Shown: positions 60,292 to 64,000 of the stretch, in pieces
Position numbering within the stretch: the first letter of the stretch is position 1
Layout of the letters: each line of letters starts with the position of its first letter
NCBI GenBank assembly: GCA_943788175.1
Contig: CALSPG010000003.1
Span: forward strand, 54,799 to 118,798
DNA from: an uncultured bacterium
GTDB taxonomy: Bacteria > Fidelibacterota > Marinisomatia > Marinisomatales > UBA1611
Length of the DNA: 64,000 nucleotides
Direction: 5' to 3'
Made by a program: the position numbers and the translations under genes
The notes under the pieces: model-generated
What the model saw: the letters and a program-made list of their open reading frames with translations, nothing else
Told to the model about the DNA's origin: nothing
Databases searched by the model: none

Positions 60292-61938
60292 ATGAAAAGA
60301 AATATTATACCGCCTGTTGGATCAAAACTAAATTGTAAAAATTGGCAAATCGAAGCTGCTTATCGAATGATTCAGCATAATTTAGATAAAGATGTTGCTG
60401 AAGATCCTGACGAATTAATTGTTTATGGAGGTAAAGGTAAAGCTGCTCGTGATTGGAAAAGCTTTGATTTAATATTAGAAACATTAAAAAGGCTAAATCA
60501 TGACGAAACATTAATAATACAGTCTGGAAAGCCTGTAGCTGTTTTAAAAACTCATTCATATTCACCTCGTGTTTTAATTGCAAATTCAAATCTAGTTCCA
60601 AATTGGGCTAATTGGGAACATTTTGATAAGCTTGAAGCCGAAGGTTTAATGATGTATGGACAAATGACTGCAGGAAGTTGGATCTACATTGGTACGCAGG
60701 GAATTCTTCAAGGTACATATGAAACTTTCATTGCAGCAGCCAAAAAACATTTTGGTTTAGAAAATCTAGCTGGAAAACTAGTACTGACATCAGGTCTTGG
60801 AGGCATGGGCGGTGCTCAACCTTTGTCTGTAACAATGGCTGGAGGTGTAGCAATTTGTATTGAAATAGATGAAAACAGGGTAAAACGCCGTCTTGAGACT
60901 AAATACCTTGATAAAGCAACAAACAACCTTGATGAAGCTCTAAAATGGGCAAAATCAGCTGTAAATAATAAAAAGCCACTAAGTATCGGTCTTATTGGTA
61001 ATGCTGCTGAAGTCGTGCCTTTATTTGCTAAAAGAAAGGTGATTCCTGACCTTGTTACTGATCAAACTTCTGCGCACGATGAATTAGTGGGTTATATACC
61101 TGCAGGTTATAGTATTGATGAAGCAAAAAATCTTCGAGAAAAAAATAAAACTTTATATATAGAAAAGTCCATACAGTCTATGGGAATTCATGTCGAAGCT
61201 CTTTTAGAATTGAAGTATCTTGGATCTATTGTTTTTGATTATGGTAATAATATTCGAGCACAAGCAAAAAAAGCAGGTGTTAAGAATGCATTTGACATAC
61301 CAGGTTTTGTACCTGAATACATCCGACCTCTTTTTTGTGAAGGGAAGGGGCCATTTAGGTGGGTAGCTTTATCTGGGGACAAAAATGATATATATAAAAC
61401 TGATGAAGTTGCTTTAAAAATGTTTTCTAAAGACAAAGCTCTATGTCATTGGATAAAAATGGCAAATCAAAAAGTTTCATTTCAAGGATTTCCATCAAGA
61501 ATTTGCTGGTTGGGCTATAAAGACCGTGTACGGTTTGGTCTAAAATTGAATGAGATGGTTAAAAAAGGTGAATTATCAGCACCAATAGTAATTGGACGAG
61601 ATCATTTGGATTGTGGATCTGTAGCTTCTCCAAACCGAGAAACAGAGGCAATGAAAGATGGCTCTGATGCTGTAGCTGATTGGCCTCTTTTAAACGCCTT
61701 AATAAATACTGCTAGTGGTGCGACATGGGTATCAATTCATCATGGTGGTGGAGTTGGAATGGGATATTCGGTTCATGCTGGTCAGGTCATTGTAGCTGAT
61801 GGAACAGAAGAAATGGATAAAAGAATTTCTAGGGTTTTGACAAATGATCCAGGTATTGGAGTTGTTCGCCATGCTGATGCTGGTTATTCTGATGCTATAA
61901 CTAACGCTGAGGATTGGTCGATAGATATTCCTAAATAA
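60292..61938 (+). CDS. hutU: urocanate hydratase
   Basis: The ATG at 60292 is preferred over 60256. Motifs: [60 protein letters not shown]. Confidence 0.95.
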   Translation: MKRNIIPPVGSKLNCKNWQIEAAYRMIQHNLDKDVAEDPDELIVYGGKGKAARDWKSFDLILETLKRLNHDETLIIQSGKPVAVLKTHSYSPRVLIANSNLVPNWANWEHFDKLEAEGLMMYGQMTAGSWIYIGTQGILQGTYETFIAAAKKHFGLENLAGKLVLTSGLGGMGGAQPLSVTMAGGVAICIEIDENRVKRRLETKYLDKATNNLDEALKWAKSAVNNKKPLSIGLIGNAAEVVPLFAKRKVIPDLVTDQTSAHDELVGYIPAGYSIDEAKNLREKNKTLYIEKSIQSMGIHVEALLELKYLGSIVFDYGNNIRAQAKKAGVKNAFDIPGFVPEYIRPLFCEGKGPFRWVALSGDKNDIYKTDEVALKMFSKDKALCHWIKMANQKVSFQGFPSRICWLGYKDRVRFGLKLNEMVKKGELSAPIVIGRDHLDCGSVASPNRETEAMKDGSDAVADWPLLNALINTASGATWVSIHHGGGVGMGYSVHAGQVIVADGTEEMDKRISRVLTNDPGIGVVRHADAGYSDAITNAEDWSIDIPK

Positions 61939-61939
61939 A

Positions 61940-63148
61940 ATGAATAATAACTCTTTAAAGTTAATGAATGTTGGTACTTTGGTTTCTTATGATTCTGAAC
62001 AGGATTCTATGGTGTCAAGCAAGAACCTAGAAATAGTCATTGAGGGCGGGAAAATAAAAGAAATAGGTAGAAATTTGAATTCAGCGGATGACATATATGA
62101 CTGTAAAAATAAATTATTAACGCCTGGGTTTGTTGATTGCCATACTCATCCAGTTTTTTTTGAAGATAGGCACAGAGAATTTAAAATGAGAGTTGATGGT
62201 TTATCATATGATGAAATTGCTGAAAGTGGAGGAGGTATTAATAGTAGCGTCAGTAGTTTAAGGTCAGCCTCAGAAATAAATTTAAAAAATAGAGTTCAGA
62301 CTAGAATGGATAACTTTCTGAAACTAGGTACAACAACAATTGAGGCAAAAAGTGGATATGGCTTAAATCTTGATAGTGAATTAAAATCTTTGAAAGTCTT
62401 AAATGACCTTAAATCAACTCATTTGATTGATATTGTTCCTACTTTTATGGGAGCTCATGCAATCCCAAAAGAGTATAAAAAAAAGCCCGATGAATATGTT
62501 GATTATCTGTGTGAAGTCGTTATTCCAGAAATAGCAAAACAAGGGATAGCAGAGTATAATGATGTCTTTTGTGAAGAAGGATATTTTAATCTAGAGCAAA
62601 CAAAGAGAATTTTAGAGATGGGTTGTGAATATGGACTAATTCCAAGAATTCACGCTGATGAATTTAAAAACATTGGTGGCTCCAGTATTGCTGGAATCTT
62701 AAAATGCGTCTCCGCAGATCATTTAATGAAAATTAATGATGAAGATATAGCGCATATGCTAGAGTCAAATGTAACAGCAGTATTATTACCTGGGACTACA
62801 TTTTTCCTTGGGGAAAAAGCGTATGCACCTTATGAAAAACTTAAAAATACGGGGTTAGATGTTGCTATAGCAACAGATTATAATCCTGGCAGTTGTAATA
62901 TTCAATCAATGACCTTTATTATCATGCTATCGGTTTTATATATGAAAATGAATATTTCTGATGCAATCTATTCCAGTACATACATTCCTGCAAAAGTATT
63001 AAATAGGCATAAAACAAGCGGTTCAATAGAGGTTGGCAAAATTGCAGATATAATTATATGGGATGTTTTAGAACTTATTGAGATTCCTTATAACTTTTCA
63101 ATAAACCCTATACGCGACGTAATAAAATCTGGAAATTTTGTATTTTAA
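61940..63148 (+). CDS. hutI: imidazolonepropionase
   Basis: Amidohydrolase metal motifs GFVDCHTHPVF, RIHADE and ATDYNPGS; directly downstream of hutU. Confidence 0.92.
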   Translation: MNNNSLKLMNVGTLVSYDSEQDSMVSSKNLEIVIEGGKIKEIGRNLNSADDIYDCKNKLLTPGFVDCHTHPVFFEDRHREFKMRVDGLSYDEIAESGGGINSSVSSLRSASEINLKNRVQTRMDNFLKLGTTTIEAKSGYGLNLDSELKSLKVLNDLKSTHLIDIVPTFMGAHAIPKEYKKKPDEYVDYLCEVVIPEIAKQGIAEYNDVFCEEGYFNLEQTKRILEMGCEYGLIPRIHADEFKNIGGSSIAGILKCVSADHLMKINDEDIAHMLESNVTAVLLPGTTFFLGEKAYAPYEKLKNTGLDVAIATDYNPGSCNIQSMTFIIMLSVLYMKMNISDAIYSSTYIPAKVLNRHKTSGSIEVGKIADIIIWDVLELIEIPYNFSINPIRDVIKSGNFVF

Positions 63149-63158
63149 TATTTGTTAG

Positions 63159-63180
63159 AAACTCTCAAGAGTTTAATTTT
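63159..63180 (+). terminator. weak candidate hairpin after hutI
   Basis: AAACTC-TCAA-GAGTTT followed by AATTTT. The 6-bp stem is AT-rich, so support is weak. Confidence 0.25.
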
Positions 63181-63189
63181 AAGAATCAA

Positions 63190-63639
63190 ATGAACAAAAT
63201 ATATCACAAAACAGCTAAGTATATTTCAATTCTAACTTGTTTATCACTTCTAGTTTTTAACTATACTTTTGCTAATTATGCATTTAAAAAGAAAATAAAA
63301 AGTGTATGCTCCTCATACAGAGTCTCGGTTAATGCATCCGCTATGGATTTTGACAGTAACTTATTTTCTTTAACATTAGAAAGTAATAGAAATAATTTTG
63401 AAATGGTTATGTTAGTAGGGTTTGCCTCTGCTGGGCAAGCTGTATCACATCAAAATAGCTTGGGACTTTCCAATGCGTATGTTCCACAAGAAATAAGTAT
63501 TAGAGTAAATGTACCTTCATCAAAGGGTGAAACGATGGTTTTTGAAGCAACGTGTTCATCCAATGATGCTATTCAGCTCGCTGCAGGTACATTAGACTCT
63601 TCAGAGTTTATGCAAAAAATTGATTTACAAACTTCATAA
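63190..63639 (+). CDS. hypothetical secreted/periplasmic protein
   Basis: 149 aa with an N-terminal hydrophobic signal-like segment (ISILTCLSLLVFNYTFA). I recognise no family. Confidence 0.5.
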   Translation: MNKIYHKTAKYISILTCLSLLVFNYTFANYAFKKKIKSVCSSYRVSVNASAMDFDSNLFSLTLESNRNNFEMVMLVGFASAGQAVSHQNSLGLSNAYVPQEISIRVNVPSSKGETMVFEATCSSNDAIQLAAGTLDSSEFMQKIDLQTS

Positions 63640-63648
63640 GGAGAAATT

Positions 63649-63882
63649 ATGATTGGCTTAGGATTAGAAGAAACTTTATTACAGTATGTGCGTGCCGTAG
63701 GCTGGTCTGTTACAGCAGCAGTCGGTTTTGCATTTGGGGTAGGAATTGCTTTGAAAGTTTTTGACTGGTTATCAACAGACATAGATGAATGGGAAGAAAT
63801 AAAAAAAGGGAATATAGGCGTCTCTTTAATATTTATTTCTTTAATCGTTATGGTTGGGTTACTGGTTTATAAAGTGATTTAA
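63649..63882 (+). CDS. DUF350-like small membrane protein
   Basis: 77 aa with two TM segments flanking DIDEWEEIKKGN, a pattern I remember from DUF350. AGGAGA RBS upstream. Confidence 0.55.
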   Translation: MIGLGLEETLLQYVRAVGWSVTAAVGFAFGVGIALKVFDWLSTDIDEWEEIKKGNIGVSLIFISLIVMVGLLVYKVI

Positions 63883-63908
63883 GCATTATTTAGAAATTAT
63901 TATTATCT

Positions 63909-63939
63909 AAAAGAGCCTTATCTTAGGCTCTTTTTTTTA
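63909..63939 (+). terminator. Rho-independent terminator
   Basis: AAAAGAGCCT-TATCTT-AGGCTCTTTT (10-bp stem, 6-nt loop) running into a T-tract, 27 nt after the stop at 63882. Confidence 0.65.
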
Positions 63940-64000
63940 TAAAACTGTGTCGATAGTAATTAAAAATAAAGGTGATGAAACTGTACAAAGAAAGTTGACG

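Overview
This is an AT-rich bacterial chromosome segment using the standard genetic code. By my own gap count only about 1.3 kb of 64 kb is unannotated, so it is about 98% gene-occupied. All 81 protein genes and 5 tRNAs I can support lie on the + strand. From 1 to 27.8 kb the genes are housekeeping: yicC-gmk-rpoZ, a family-4 UDG, dnaB, rel/spoT, HU/IHF, ruvX, lnt, truA, htrA, psd-pssA and tatA. They are followed by a batA-batB-batC-batD-batE (Bacteroides aerotolerance type) cluster with a coupled SPOR-domain gene, then yebC-ruvC-ruvA, gcvT, ftsK, a lolA-like gene, a UPF0104 membrane protein, gmhB and ddl. From 27.9 to 59.1 kb there is one uninterrupted translation/transcription supercluster: tRNA-Thr/Tyr/Gly/Thr, tuf, rpmG, tRNA-Trp, secE, nusG, rplKAJL, rpoBC, rpsL-rpsG-fusA, a second tuf, and the S10, spc and alpha operons through rplQ. 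After that come a GHL10/YddW-like hydrolase, hutU, hutI and two small ORFs. The gene content (Bat cluster, FCB-style omega, PorQ/PorV-like outer-membrane protein, spc operon without adk) suggests a streamlined FCB-superphylum-like organism, but that is inference only. I found no rRNA, CRISPR array, mobile element, defence island or convincing undescribed multi-gene system; this reads as a core region. The points worth a second look are: (1) two 99.5%-identical tuf copies forming a 1,238-bp direct repeat whose identity extends into both flanks; (2) apparent +1 frameshifts in A5 runs that split essential rplO and batD; (3) perfect in-frame tandem repeats inside batC (36 bp x about 9) and ftsK (15 bp x about 13.6); (4) the Bat cluster context; (5) frequent TTG starts on very highly expressed genes.
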